A stretch of DNA of 32,000 nucleotides from Bacillus subtilis subsp. subtilis str. 168 (GCF_000009045.1 NC_000964.3:2280001-2312000); one strand, 5' to 3'; numbered from the stretch's first letter, positions 10,285 through 20,199 are shown. Notes: a model not told the origin generated them from the letters alone. Made by a program: numbers and translations.

Positions 10285-10848
10285 CTATTGTTTAGGATGG
10301 TAATAGGAAAACTCAATTTCATCTTTTTCTAAATTTATCTTATCCGCTTTGACATACATTCCATTCGTTAAAGGCATTTCTGACAAACGCACTTCAATGC
10401 TTTTATCTCCGGGGTGAACATGGACAAATGACGGCAATTCATAAAAGCTGTCCATATAATTTAACACAAAGCTAATTGGTATACTCAATTTCCCTAACGA
10501 AAATTTCGTGACATTCAGCTCTACATCACCGTTTTTTTTCACGGTCGGCTCAAAAGCGATAAACGCATCAATAGACGTGGAAAATGCCTTGATTTTCCCT
10601 GCGACATGAACATCATCATCAATCTCTACTTTATAATCAAGCTTGTTTGATGCTTTGTCGTTTAAATATGAGTTAACAAACGCAGCTAATGATTCTTTTG
10701 TGCTTGTCACTTGAAATCCATACTCGCTCTCAGATGCATCTTTCACCTGAGCCTGTTCCCCCGGAAGCAAAACAAGTGCCACAAACCCGGCGGCGAGGAT
10801 AAAATTGATTGCAAGCAATATAAAAAACAGTCGCTTCCACTTATTCAT
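10285..10848 (-). CDS. ypmS: Conserved protein with N-terminal membrane anchor (YpmS-like)
   Basis: 187 aa; N-terminal TM then extracellular domain; gene order. Confidence 0.85.
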   Translation of the reverse strand: MNKWKRLFFILLAINFILAAGFVALVLLPGEQAQVKDASESEYGFQVTSTKESLAAFVNSYLNDKASNKLDYKVEIDDDVHVAGKIKAFSTSIDAFIAFEPTVKKNGDVELNVTKFSLGKLSIPISFVLNYMDSFYELPSFVHVHPGDKSIEVRLSEMPLTNGMYVKADKINLEKDEIEFSYYHPKQ

Positions 10849-10857
10849 GCTGTCACC

Positions 10858-11625
10858 CTACTCTTTCGGTAATCCTTCTTTTTTAATGGCTTGATAGACG
10901 CGCTTTGCGATAAGAGAATAACCCGTACCATTAGGATGAAAATCATCTTCCTCAGAAATTCGGCTGCTGTCACTTTTTTGATTAAACAAATCTTCGATAT
11001 GGACGATTTTTGCATGTTTATCTTTTTTCAGCTCTTTTTCAGCAATATGGTTCCAATCCGTGACGACACCATTTATTTCATTTAGTTCTGATAATGTAAA
11101 CGTAAACGGATTGTACATGCTGACATAAATCAGCTCAGCGTGATCATTCAGCTCGCGAATTTCAGAAATGATTTTTTCAAAGCGCTTTTCGTACGGTTTT
11201 TCCGCTTCCTGAAACGGTTCAACGGTTAATTGCAGAAAGTTTTGGCGAAGGATTTTCATCAAATCATTACCGCCAATTGTAAAAAAGACATAATCTGCGT
11301 CCTTTATGCCTTTTTGAACCTTTTTATCTTTTAGTTTTTCTAATAAATCATCCGAACGGTTCCCTTTTACAGCATAATTTTTCACGTCGACCGTTTTGAC
11401 TTGTTTATCTGACCGGATAGAATCCGCCACCTTGCCGACATATCCCTTTCCGTCGGGATCTCCGACTCCTTCTGTCAGCGAATCTCCGACAGCCGCTATG
11501 ACAATGTGTTCTTTTGTTTTCGTTTCATGGGCTTTTTGTTTTCCCTCAGATGATGTACGTATGCTCGTACACGCAGTAAGAAGCAAAATCAAACTGGCCA
11601 TGATTGAAAAAATGCGCAGCTTCAA
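10858..11625 (-). CDS. ypmR: SGNH/GDSL-family lipase/esterase-like lipoprotein
   Basis: AVGDSLTEGVGDPDGKGYV, FFTIGGNDLM, DDFHPNGTGY blocks; likely TTG start after AAGGAG; lipobox LLTAC. Confidence 0.88.
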   Translation of the reverse strand: MKLRIFSIMASLILLLTACTSIRTSSEGKQKAHETKTKEHIVIAAVGDSLTEGVGDPDGKGYVGKVADSIRSDKQVKTVDVKNYAVKGNRSDDLLEKLKDKKVQKGIKDADYVFFTIGGNDLMKILRQNFLQLTVEPFQEAEKPYEKRFEKIISEIRELNDHAELIYVSMYNPFTFTLSELNEINGVVTDWNHIAEKELKKDKHAKIVHIEDLFNQKSDSSRISEEDDFHPNGTGYSLIAKRVYQAIKKEGLPKE

Positions 11626-11702
11626 TCTTGTTGCTCCTTCCCATTCTACTAGTGGAAAGTGTATCATGTTTTAGAAGATTTGCAAATGCCTAGTCTCTTA
11701 GC

Positions 11703-12284
11703 TTACTTGAGTGTACTGGCTGACTTCACATCGGAAATGATATCATCGTACGGTGTATTCTCCACTCCATTGTAATCTTTCAGCACCTTACCGTCCGGAC
11801 CTACCAAATAAAAAGAAGATTGATGAATCACTTGGTCCTCTCCCTCCGGCTTCTTTACGATCGCTTTAAAGCTCTTAAGTGCGAACTCCTCAATCTCACT
11901 CTGGCTGTATCCCGTGAGAAAATCCCAGTTATCAAAAGATAATGGATAATTTGCGGCAAATTTCTTCAGCTGTTTCGGCTTATCGTTTTCTGGATCAACA
12001 CTAAATGATATGATGCGGACATCTATATTTTCGGCTTTCAGTTTTTTTTGCAGATCGGTCATATGAGCGGTCATTGGCGGACATATAGTTTCACAATTGG
12101 TAAAAATAAAATCCGCCAGCCATACTTCTCCTTTTAAACTCTCTAAAGAAACGTTCTTGCCGTCTTGGTTTTGAAATGTAAAAGGCTCCACCTCGTAATT
12201 GAGCGGATCTTTAATCTGCTGTCCTCCGCATGCACACAAAAACAGAAAAATCAGCCCAGCCGTTAACCCCTTGATAACCTTCAT
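11703..12284 (-). CDS. ypmQ: SCO1/SenC-family copper-binding lipoprotein
   Basis: CGGQ lipobox region; FTNCETICPPMT copper-binding CxxxC; internal start MKVIKGL chosen. Confidence 0.9.
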   Translation of the reverse strand: MKVIKGLTAGLIFLFLCACGGQQIKDPLNYEVEPFTFQNQDGKNVSLESLKGEVWLADFIFTNCETICPPMTAHMTDLQKKLKAENIDVRIISFSVDPENDKPKQLKKFAANYPLSFDNWDFLTGYSQSEIEEFALKSFKAIVKKPEGEDQVIHQSSFYLVGPDGKVLKDYNGVENTPYDDIISDVKSASTLK

Positions 12285-12373
12285 GACATCCATCCTTTCC
12301 AGCCAGCATAAAAACGCTTTCTAAAACCGTCCTTACTGTCCCATGTTTGTATTCGATACTGAGCAAAAAAAAT

Positions 12374-12417
12374 CCTGCATGCCTCCCCATTAACGATTAC
12401 AAAGGAGGGCATGCAGG
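12374..12417 (-). terminator. Terminator downstream of ypmP
   Basis: CCTGCATGCCTCC...GGAGGGCATGCAGG stem with A/T-rich flanks. Confidence 0.8.
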
Positions 12418-12431
12418 TAAAAAACGGCATG

Positions 12432-12683
12432 TTACGCGTTGTGCTTTAACACCTCTTGATGAAATACAGCCTGATAATCTGCCCACTTCATCCGCCGCTT
12501 CATATAATGTCGGAAAGAATACACTTTTGCCCTGCTGTTTGATGAAAACACTTCTTTTAAGTAGAATTGCAAATGGTGATGTAACATAAAGAAATAGTGC
12601 TCATCTTCCTTTAATACAGGTATTTCTGTCACTTTCACCTGAATCCCGTCACCGCGTTTGAACTCTAGGCTTTTGAGTAACAA
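12432..12683 (-). CDS. ypmP: Uncharacterised conserved protein, 83 aa
   Basis: TTG start with AGAGGA RBS; MLLKSLEFKRGDGIQVKVTEIPVLKEDEHYFFML...; directly downstream of ilvA. Confidence 0.75.
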   Translation of the reverse strand: MLLKSLEFKRGDGIQVKVTEIPVLKEDEHYFFMLHHHLQFYLKEVFSSNSRAKVYSFRHYMKRRMKWADYQAVFHQEVLKHNA

Positions 12684-12768
12684 GCTATCAATCCTCTTTT
12701 TTGTTTTTCTTCTATTATATATGATGCCAGCCGGGCTGTCTGTCATTTTGCGCGGTTGTGTAAAAAAA

Positions 12769-14037
12769 TTAGATTAGCAAATGGAACAAGTCCTCATCCT
12801 TGTTCACCTCTACATAATGAAACGGTTTTTTGTTCATCCGTTCAATCAGCGGCCCATAATCGGCTTTGTTCTGCAGCTCGATGCCGACAAGAGCAGGTCC
12901 ATTGCTTTTATTATTTTTCTTCGTATATTCAAACCTTGTAATGTCATCATTCGGCCCGAGGACTTCGTCAAGAAATTCGCGGAGCGCCCCCGCTCTTTGT
13001 GGAAAATTGACGATAAAATAATGCTGAAGGCCTTCAAAAATCAAGGAACGCTCCTTCATTTCCTGCATTCTTCCGATATCGTTATTGCCCCCGCTTACCA
13101 CACACACCACGTTTTTCCCTTTAATTTGATCCTTGTACAAATCAAGCGCTGCGACAGAAAGAGCTCCAGCCGGTTCAGCAACAACCGCACATTCGTTATA
13201 TAATTCAAGAATGGATGTACATACTTTTCCTTCAGGCACAAGGAGAATGTCATCAACGACAGTTTCCAGCGTCCGGAAGGTTTCCTCGCCAATTTTTTTA
13301 ACAGCCGCCCCATCTACAAACTTATCAATTTTATCAAGTGTGACGACATGCCCAGCTTTGTTTGATTCAAAGTAGGATGCCGCTCCCGCCGGCTCAACAG
13401 CAATTACCTTTGTATCAGGAGACACGTTTTTCAAATATGTACCTACCCCAGAGAGAAGGCCGCCGCCTCCGACACTTGCAAAAAGAAAATGCGGTTCTGT
13501 ATCAATGTCGTTTAAAATCTCGACTGCGAGCGTTCCCTGTCCGGCCATCACATCCGGATCATCGAACGGATGGATAAACGTCCGAGATTCCGCCTCACAG
13601 CATTCAGCAGCGCTTTTATACGCGTCGTCAAACGTATCGCCTGTCAAAATAATATCGATAAATCCTTTTCCGAATAGTTCAACTTGAGATACTTTTTGTC
13701 TCGGTGTAGTAGACGGCATAAAAATTTTCCCGTGAATGCCAAGATGTTTACACGAAAATGCCACACCTTGAGCGTGGTTTCCGGCACTTGCACACACAAC
13801 TCCGTTCTCTGTCTGCTCGCTGGAAAGCTGTTTCATTTTATGATAAGCCCCTCTGAGCTTAAAAGATCTGACAACTTGCAAGTCTTCGCGTTTTAAATAG
13901 ATATTGCATTCATATCTCTCAGAAAGTCTGTCATTCCTCTGCAAAGGTGTGTGAATGACAACGTCCTTTACGTTTTGGTGAGCCTTCAAAATGTCTTTCA
14001 CTTGGATGAGAGAGTTTTCTTTAAGCAACGGTTTCAT
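12769..14037 (-). CDS. ilvA: Threonine dehydratase (biosynthetic)
   Basis: 422 aa PLP-fold; REDLQVVRSFKLRGAYHKM, SAGNHAQG, GGGGLLSG, C-terminal ACT-like domain. Confidence 0.97.
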   Translation of the reverse strand: MKPLLKENSLIQVKDILKAHQNVKDVVIHTPLQRNDRLSERYECNIYLKREDLQVVRSFKLRGAYHKMKQLSSEQTENGVVCASAGNHAQGVAFSCKHLGIHGKIFMPSTTPRQKVSQVELFGKGFIDIILTGDTFDDAYKSAAECCEAESRTFIHPFDDPDVMAGQGTLAVEILNDIDTEPHFLFASVGGGGLLSGVGTYLKNVSPDTKVIAVEPAGAASYFESNKAGHVVTLDKIDKFVDGAAVKKIGEETFRTLETVVDDILLVPEGKVCTSILELYNECAVVAEPAGALSVAALDLYKDQIKGKNVVCVVSGGNNDIGRMQEMKERSLIFEGLQHYFIVNFPQRAGALREFLDEVLGPNDDITRFEYTKKNNKSNGPALVGIELQNKADYGPLIERMNKKPFHYVEVNKDEDLFHLLI

Positions 14038-14090
14038 GTACAGATTCCTTTCTTGTTTTAAATCCCTATTTAATATGCCATTATAACATG

Positions 14091-14105
14091 AATATTCAAA
14101 AAATA
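14091..14105. promoter_or_regulatory. Candidate CodY box upstream of ilvA
   Basis: AATATTCAAAAAATA, 3 mismatches to AATTTTCWGAAAATT. Confidence 0.4.
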
Positions 14106-14285
14106 AGACAATTATTTTTATTTAATAATTAAAAAAATACAGACTATGTCCACCACATCTTGTGGTAACTTCTGTTCAACCATTATCCTGCAGAGCCAAG
14201 AAAAAAGATGATCGTAAAATAAAGGGTGTTTTCAACCAAAAGGCATGATATAATGAAACCAATTAGAACCAAAAGGAGCCAATTG

Positions 14286-15281
14286 ATGAATAGTGCACCA
14301 AAACTCAATACATTTCAACATCTAATCGGAGAACATCAAACTTTTCTGGAAGCGAAGCGAATCGCCAAGCAGTTCTCGTTATCGGAGCTTCCTGTCTTAA
14401 TAACAGGAAAAATCGGAACAGGCAAAAATCACTTCGCACATGCCATACACTTGGAATCTTCGAGAAGCAATGAACCGTTTATAAGCGTCAATTGCAGCAC
14501 CCATTCGGAAGAAACCCTTATTCATGAGCTTTTTGGCCCTAACGGAAACACAGGTGTTTTTCAAAAAGCGGTACGAGGAACCCTTTTTCTTGATGATGTA
14601 TGGCGCATGCCTGCTTCTGTACAAGCTCAGCTGTTAAAAGCGCTTGATTCAGACACGGAGAAACCGCGAATGATCTGTGCTTCTGCAGACCGATCCGTGG
14701 AACATACATTCAGGCAAGACTTATTCTACAGACTGAACATTTTAACGCTCACACTGCCCGAATTATCGGAACGAAAAAGCGATATTCCGCTTTTGACACA
14801 GCATTTTCTCTCAAATTCTGGTCAGCAATTGTTAATCGATCCCTCCGTTTTTCCCGTGCTTGAGAAGCATGCATTTGAAGGCAATGTCAGGGAATTAAAA
14901 AACGCTGCAGATTATATGGCGGCAGTATCAAGCGGGGGAACGATTCAGCCATATGACCTGCCGCCGTATATTAGAGGCACGATAGACGGAAAAACGTCGA
15001 AGAAAAAAGCGAAACTGCTTACTTTAATGGAAAAAGCTGAGTTTTTGTTTATTTTGGAAACAATAAAAGTATTGAACGAAAAAGGAGAACCTGCCAGCAG
15101 ACGGATCATTTCTGAACACAGCAAAAATACCCAAACCTCGTTAACTCCTCAGCAGGTCAGAAGCCGTCTCGACTATTTGGAGAAAAAAGATTATGTCACC
15201 AAAAGCCGCGGACGCGCAGGCACAAAAATTACCTTTGAGGGCTTGAGCTTTATAGAGACGTTAAAAAATCAAATGATCTAG
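14286..15281 (+). CDS. yplP: Sigma-54-interacting AAA+ regulator-like protein
   Basis: 331 aa from ATG after AAAAGGAG; GKIGTGKNHFAHAIH Walker A-like, GTLFLDDV Walker B-like, FRQDLFYRLNILTLTLPEL, NVRELKN. Confidence 0.9.
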   Translation: MNSAPKLNTFQHLIGEHQTFLEAKRIAKQFSLSELPVLITGKIGTGKNHFAHAIHLESSRSNEPFISVNCSTHSEETLIHELFGPNGNTGVFQKAVRGTLFLDDVWRMPASVQAQLLKALDSDTEKPRMICASADRSVEHTFRQDLFYRLNILTLTLPELSERKSDIPLLTQHFLSNSGQQLLIDPSVFPVLEKHAFEGNVRELKNAADYMAAVSSGGTIQPYDLPPYIRGTIDGKTSKKKAKLLTLMEKAEFLFILETIKVLNEKGEPASRRIISEHSKNTQTSLTPQQVRSRLDYLEKKDYVTKSRGRAGTKITFEGLSFIETLKNQMI

Positions 15282-15301
15282 CGATCGAAAGGAGAATGTA
15301 C

Positions 15302-15943
15302 TTGTTTACAATCAAAGAAGAGATCGCCAATGCGATTACACACGGCATCGGTGTCCTCTTATCCATCCCAGCATTAGTGTTTCTAATCATATTTGCGGCT
15401 AATTACGGGTCTGCATGGGACATTGTCAGCTTTACAATATTCGGTGTCTCTATGCTGCTGTTATATTTGAGCTCCACCCTGCTTCACAGCATCACACATA
15501 AAAAAACGAAGGACATTTTGGAGATTATTGATCATAGCGCAATTTACGTACTCATCGCCGGAACCTACACGCCTTTTTTGCTTGGGCCGCTGAAAGGCAC
15601 ACTCGGCTTTACCCTGTTGGTTATCGTATGGTCACTTGCCCTAGGCGGAATCGTTTTTAAAATTTTCTTTGTGAAACGGTTTATCCTATTGTCAACCTTC
15701 GTGTATTTAGTCATGGGGTGGCTGATGATTATTGCAGTTAAACCTTTATATGCTTCACTGAGCGGAGCGGGATTCAGCCTCCTTTTTCTCGGCGGCATTT
15801 TATACTCTGTCGGAACCATCTTTTACATTTGGAAAAAGATCCCCTTCCATCACGCCATTTGGCACAGCTTTGTATTGGGCGGGAGCGCTGCCATGTTTTT
15901 CTGCGTGCTCTTCTATTGTGTAAAGGTGCCTTTCCTTTCGTAA
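15302..15943 (+). CDS. yplQ: Hemolysin III/PAQR-type membrane protein
   Basis: NAITHGIGVLLS, DHSAIYVLIAGTYTP, HAIWHSFVLGG motifs; TTG at 15302 has better RBS spacing than ATG at 15296. Confidence 0.9.
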   Translation: MFTIKEEIANAITHGIGVLLSIPALVFLIIFAANYGSAWDIVSFTIFGVSMLLLYLSSTLLHSITHKKTKDILEIIDHSAIYVLIAGTYTPFLLGPLKGTLGFTLLVIVWSLALGGIVFKIFFVKRFILLSTFVYLVMGWLMIIAVKPLYASLSGAGFSLLFLGGILYSVGTIFYIWKKIPFHHAIWHSFVLGGSAAMFFCVLFYCVKVPFLS

Positions 15944-15952
15944 CAGTAACAG

Positions 15953-15983
15953 AAAAGCGCAGTCTTCACGACTGCGCTTTTTT
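15953..15983. terminator. Terminator between yplQ and ypkP
   Basis: AAAAGCGCAGTCttcacGACTGCGCTTTTTT. Confidence 0.9.
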
Positions 15984-16602
15984 ATGCACGTAATTGTTTT
16001 TCATTGGCAGGTATATAAGCTTTTGAAAAGGACAATTCAATGTCTGCCGGTTTTAAGCGTTTAAAAAACGAGCCATTTTGCATGTTATCTGTTCCTTTCG
16101 TTTCCACCATCACCAACGGAAGATGATAGCGGGCCGCAAGTTCTACAGGATCAATAGAACCATCTAGTGAAAGAATCAGGCTTTGTCCCTTTTCCAGCTG
16201 TTTTGTCACATCTTCATATACCTTTTCTGAATCCCCGTCTGAAATCACATCCATCCGATCCAGCCATTGCCCGATAAAAGGCAAGCGGAACACTTTTGGG
16301 TTAGCGATAAAGCCGGCCGGTTCCTCAATATATCCAGCAATTAAGGCCAGTTCAGCCAAACGCAAACGGGGATGCACATACAAAACAGGACCGTGTGGTA
16401 TTGGCTCTGGCTGATGGATCGTCACAACTGAACCGGAGATGCCGATACAGCCTTCTAAAAACGCCTTTGGCTGTTCGTACACAAGAGCCATCTGTTTTTT
16501 GTATGACAGACGGGGATCGAGCATTGTTTGATTAAATAATTGTTTCATATTTTTTAACAGCATATACACAATATAAACCACTAGAAGGCTGTAGCGAACC
16601 AA
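15982..16602 (-). CDS. ypkP: PlsC-like acyltransferase-related protein
   Basis: 206 aa; TTG start overlapping dfrA stop (TAATTG), GGGAGG RBS; gene order. Confidence 0.75.
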
Positions 16603-17109
16603 TTAAAATCCTCCCGCTTTAGAAGAATTCTTTTTTTCATACATTAGAAATTCGTAATCATACGGGTTTTTTTCGTCTTTGGTCCCCTGCTCAGAAGAAA
16701 CCAGCTTCCAATTGGATTCATCAAATTCAGGAAAGTGACGGTCACCCTCAAACTCGTGATGAATTTTCGTCATATACAGTCTGTCCGCATAAGGGAACAG
16801 GTCCGTATAGAGCTGAGCCCCTCCGATCACAAAGCATTCTTCAGGGCCTGAACAAATGTCCAGTACATCCTTTAATGAACTGACAACCGTGCATCCCTGA
16901 AATTCTGAATCCGGCGCTGAGGTAACGACAATATTTTTCCGATTTGGAAGCGGACGTCCGATCGATTCAAATGTTTTCCGGCCCATAATGATTGAATGGC
17001 CCGATGTTATTTTCTTAAAGTATGCAAGATCATTGGGCAAATGCCACGGCAAATCATTGTCTTTGCCGATAAGCCTGTTGGCATCCATCGCAAAAATGAA
17101 TGAAATCAT
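16603..17109 (-). CDS. dfrA: Dihydrofolate reductase
   Basis: [47 protein letters not shown]. Confidence 0.97.
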   Translation of the reverse strand: MISFIFAMDANRLIGKDNDLPWHLPNDLAYFKKITSGHSIIMGRKTFESIGRPLPNRKNIVVTSAPDSEFQGCTVVSSLKDVLDICSGPEECFVIGGAQLYTDLFPYADRLYMTKIHHEFEGDRHFPEFDESNWKLVSSEQGTKDEKNPYDYEFLMYEKKNSSKAGGF

Positions 17110-17900
17110 ACGCTGACCGCCCCTTTTATATGAGGATGCGGATCATAATCCTCGATGATAAAGTCCTCAAATGCAAAGTTAAAAATAGAATCAACCTTTC
17201 TGGCGAAACGAAGCTGCGGAAGCGGTCTAACATCTCTTTCCAGCTGCAAATTGACTTGTTCAATATGATTTTGGTAAATATGAACATCACCAAACGTATG
17301 GATGAACTCGCCCGGTTCAAGCCCAGTCACATGAGCAATGATCATGGTTAGGAGGGCATAAGATGCAATATTAAACGGCACACCTAAGAAAACATCGGCA
17401 GAGCGCTGATACAGCTGACAGGACAGCTTGCCGTCAGACACATAGAATTGGAACAGGCAATGGCACGGCGGCAACGCCATTTTATCAATTTCACCAACAT
17501 TCCAGGCGCTGACGATTAAGCGTCTGGAGTTCGGATTTGTTTTAATATCTTCAATAAGACGGGAAATTTGATCAATGGTTTCTCCATCAGCTCCCCGCCA
17601 AGAACGCCATTGGGAGCCATATACAGGTCCAAGTTCACCGTTTTCATCAGCCCACTCATTCCAGATTCGCACTCCGTTTTCCTGCAGATAGCGTACATTC
17701 GTATCTCCTTTTAAGAACCACAGCAGTTCATGCGCAATTGATTTAAAGTGGAGTTTTTTAGTGGTGAGCATCGGAAAGCCTTCCCGTAAATTAAATCTCA
17801 TTTGATATCCGAAAGTGCTGATTGTTCCGGTCCCAGTCCGGTCTCCCTTTTTCTCACCATGCTCTAAAACATGTCTGCAGAAATCCTTATACTGTTTCAT
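17106..17900 (-). CDS. thyB: Thymidylate synthase
   Basis: 264 aa; [43 protein letters not shown]; ATGA overlap with dfrA. Confidence 0.96.
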   Translation of the reverse strand: MKQYKDFCRHVLEHGEKKGDRTGTGTISTFGYQMRFNLREGFPMLTTKKLHFKSIAHELLWFLKGDTNVRYLQENGVRIWNEWADENGELGPVYGSQWRSWRGADGETIDQISRLIEDIKTNPNSRRLIVSAWNVGEIDKMALPPCHCLFQFYVSDGKLSCQLYQRSADVFLGVPFNIASYALLTMIIAHVTGLEPGEFIHTFGDVHIYQNHIEQVNLQLERDVRPLPQLRFARKVDSIFNFAFEDFIIEDYDPHPHIKGAVSV

Positions 17901-17983
17901 TTTTTTCATCCTTTAAAAGTAGTCTTCTAGTAGTGTAACACAATAAAAAATCATTTCTGAACCCAGAAATGATTTTTTTATAG

Positions 17984-18529
17984 TCAGCTGACGACAGGCT
18001 TTTCATCCTGTTCTTTTTCTTCATCTTGCAGATCCTGATGCGTATGTGCAATTCTGCTCGCCGCTGCTGCAGCAAGAGCTGCCACAATATCATCCAAAAA
18101 GGTGTGAATACCGTCTGGACTTTCATCAAGTTCCTTAATAATTCCAATCTTCTCTTTATCCAAATAACCGAAATTGGTCAAACCGATCGACCCGTACACA
18201 TTAACGATTGAAAGCGGGATAATTTCATCTATGCCGTAAAGCGGTTCATCCGTTTCAACAAGGTGCTGCAGCGGTTCGGGGAGAAGTTTCTGTTCTGCAA
18301 GCTGATCGAGTGCAAGGCCTGTCAAAACAGCATGAATAATTTCACGTTTGTTCAGGACTTTTTCTACATTCTCCATGCAAACACTGAGCGGCAGATTTGG
18401 ATTGTATTTTTCCTGAAGTTTTTGAACAATCCGTGCAATATCTTCTATCATAACGCCCCGTTTGTTCAGCATATCCTTTGTTATATCGACCATTTCATTC
18501 ATTGTGTACTTTTTCATGTCTAATGGCAT
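17984..18529 (-). CDS. ypjQ: Phosphatidylglycerophosphatase A-like/YutG-related protein
   Basis: 181 aa; LNRGV-type conserved block DDIVAALAAAAASRIAH; gene order. Confidence 0.7.
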   Translation of the reverse strand: MPLDMKKYTMNEMVDITKDMLNKRGVMIEDIARIVQKLQEKYNPNLPLSVCMENVEKVLNKREIIHAVLTGLALDQLAEQKLLPEPLQHLVETDEPLYGIDEIIPLSIVNVYGSIGLTNFGYLDKEKIGIIKELDESPDGIHTFLDDIVAALAAAAASRIAHTHQDLQDEEKEQDEKPVVS

Positions 18530-18534
18530 CTCCT

Positions 18535-19146
18535 TTAGGCACTCATCCAGTTGGGAGGCGTGTTGCGGTCCCAGTAAATGCTCCCAAGCTCATGATGTGA
18601 TTGAAATCCATCTTCTGCTGTATGATAATGAAAATTAAACCAGTAGCCGTCATGAGGCGGGTGGTCTCTTCGCACATGGAATCTGAGAAGATCTTCTCCA
18701 GTTGTCCGATTGTAAACGTTGAAAATTTTTTCCGTTTTGCCCGCTGAAGGCATGCTTGAGATCACAACATCTTGGTACGCCTCATCATCTTGCAATGTCG
18801 CTAAATAATCACTAATCACATTTTCGATTTTTGGCAGGATCTCTTTCCGATAGTCATCCTCAATGACAGGAGCGATTCTGCTGCCGAATTTTAAAAAGGA
18901 CTGATCCTCAGCGCTGTCAAGGAGCTGTTCCTTGTACGATTGAAAAAGCAGTTCAGGATCTCGCCTGTCATCCGACTCATCATCGTACAGGTCATGCTCA
19001 TCATAAAAAGCGGTGTAATCATTCTGCTCAAGACTGCTCGGCTGTCCGGAAGGCTTGTCCGCCATAAGGGCAGCCGGAGGAGATACGAGCCCGAACGTTA
19101 CAATGGTAAATAAAACCACAAGGGTCTTTCTCATCCACAATTTCAT
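18535..19146 (-). CDS. ypjP: Secreted/YpjP-family conserved protein
   Basis: 203 aa; N-terminal signal sequence; HFNYHTAEDGFQSHHELGSIYWDRNTPPNW. Confidence 0.8.
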   Translation of the reverse strand: MKLWMRKTLVVLFTIVTFGLVSPPAALMADKPSGQPSSLEQNDYTAFYDEHDLYDDESDDRRDPELLFQSYKEQLLDSAEDQSFLKFGSRIAPVIEDDYRKEILPKIENVISDYLATLQDDEAYQDVVISSMPSAGKTEKIFNVYNRTTGEDLLRFHVRRDHPPHDGYWFNFHYHTAEDGFQSHHELGSIYWDRNTPPNWMSA

Positions 19147-19310
19147 GACTGCTTATTCCTCTCTATTTTATTGTCATGTTTCTCTTATTTTAGCACATCC
19201 AAAACATGCAAGTCATGTACTATATGAAACTGATATGCAAATTAGGAGATTCGTTGCTATGCACTTTGTGTAAAAACGCTTACAATATTTCATGAAAGGA
19301 GGCTTTCCGC

Positions 19311-19385
19311 ATGATTGACGCTCTGTTTGCCACAGTTTCACTCTTAACATTATTATACTTTGTCGTCATGGAGGTCACCGATTAA
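19311..19385 (+). CDS. 24-aa putative single-pass membrane microprotein
   Basis: MIDALFATVSLLTLLYFVVMEVTD*; strong AAAGGAGG RBS about 9 nt upstream; followed by a terminator. Confidence 0.7.
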   Translation: MIDALFATVSLLTLLYFVVMEVTD

Positions 19386-19389
19386 CAGA

Positions 19390-19415
19390 AAGCCCGTGAT
19401 ATGAATCACGGGCTT
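19390..19415. terminator. Bidirectional terminator spanning the ypiP stop codon
   Basis: AAGCCCGTGATatgaATCACGGGCTT. Confidence 0.85.
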
Positions 19416-20194
19416 GTTTGAATGACGCCATAATGGAACAGTGCTGTTTTTCTTTTCATGACGTTAAAACCAAACTGTTCAAACCGCGGGCTTTTCCAGT
19501 GGTCTTTTAGCACAACGCTTTTTCTGGCGACTCGTACCGCTTCATTGATACATCCTTCGTGCAAAACGGAATCCTCTGCCAAATCACGTAAAGGCGCGAT
19601 GCCGTCAGAGGTTTCTACAGGTTCATGAAACATTGGATCGAAATAAACCACATCAACAGAGTTGTCAGGGAGCTGCTTGATGTGTTCAAAGCAATCACCA
19701 TTCTTCACCTGGATTCTTCTCATCGCAGCTTGAAGCTCTTCTATACCCGTTTCCCATGAATGCAGCCCCGTCCTCACTAAAACAGACACAAGATGGTTTT
19801 TTTCAATCCCAACAACAGAACCCGTTTCGCCTACTGCCATACTTGCGATAATGGCATCTGACCCCAACCCGAGTGTGCAATCTAAAAACGTATCCCCTTC
19901 AGATAAGCCGGCAGCCCGAAGCATAGGTTCTTTCTCCCCCTGTAAGAAGCGTTTGGCTCTGAACATCGCTGTATTCGGATGAAAAAAGAATTTGGCACCT
20001 TGTTTCGTATACAGCTCAAACCGCTCTTTGCCGACCACAAGCAAATCACGTTCAGCTGATTTCAGCAGGTGCTCAACCGTTTGTTTATTCCGGCCGCAGT
20101 ATGGCATATTTAGCTCTTTAGAAAGCTGCTTTGCAGTTTTTATGGTGTGTTCAGACGGTCTATAGCTTGTTGTTATCATCTTCTGTACTCCCAA
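19406..20194 (-). CDS. ypiP: SAM-dependent methyltransferase-like protein
   Basis: FLDCTLGLGSDAIIASMAVGETGSVVGIE motif I-like, VDVVYFDPMF; start may be internal (MITTSYRPSE). Confidence 0.85.
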   Translation of the reverse strand: MGVQKMITTSYRPSEHTIKTAKQLSKELNMPYCGRNKQTVEHLLKSAERDLLVVGKERFELYTKQGAKFFFHPNTAMFRAKRFLQGEKEPMLRAAGLSEGDTFLDCTLGLGSDAIIASMAVGETGSVVGIEKNHLVSVLVRTGLHSWETGIEELQAAMRRIQVKNGDCFEHIKQLPDNSVDVVYFDPMFHEPVETSDGIAPLRDLAEDSVLHEGCINEAVRVARKSVVLKDHWKSPRFEQFGFNVMKRKTALFHYGVIQTSP

Positions 20195-20199
20195 AAAGA

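Noticed and set aside
12294-12683. degR expected between ypmQ and ypmP, apparently missing
   Set aside because: My first recollection of the gene order was wrong. A 60-aa DegR-like ORF is present at 28157-28339 beside cspD, so there is no deletion to report.
13095-13896. Antisense ORFs over ilvA, ilvD, ypgR, ypnP, msrA and others in the ORF track
   Set aside because: They lie opposite clearly conserved genes, lack recognisable domains and good RBSs, and reflect codon-composition artefacts.
14038-14285. T-box leader upstream of ilvA
   Set aside because: No T-box motif or antiterminator/terminator pair recognised; the region is short and AT-rich.
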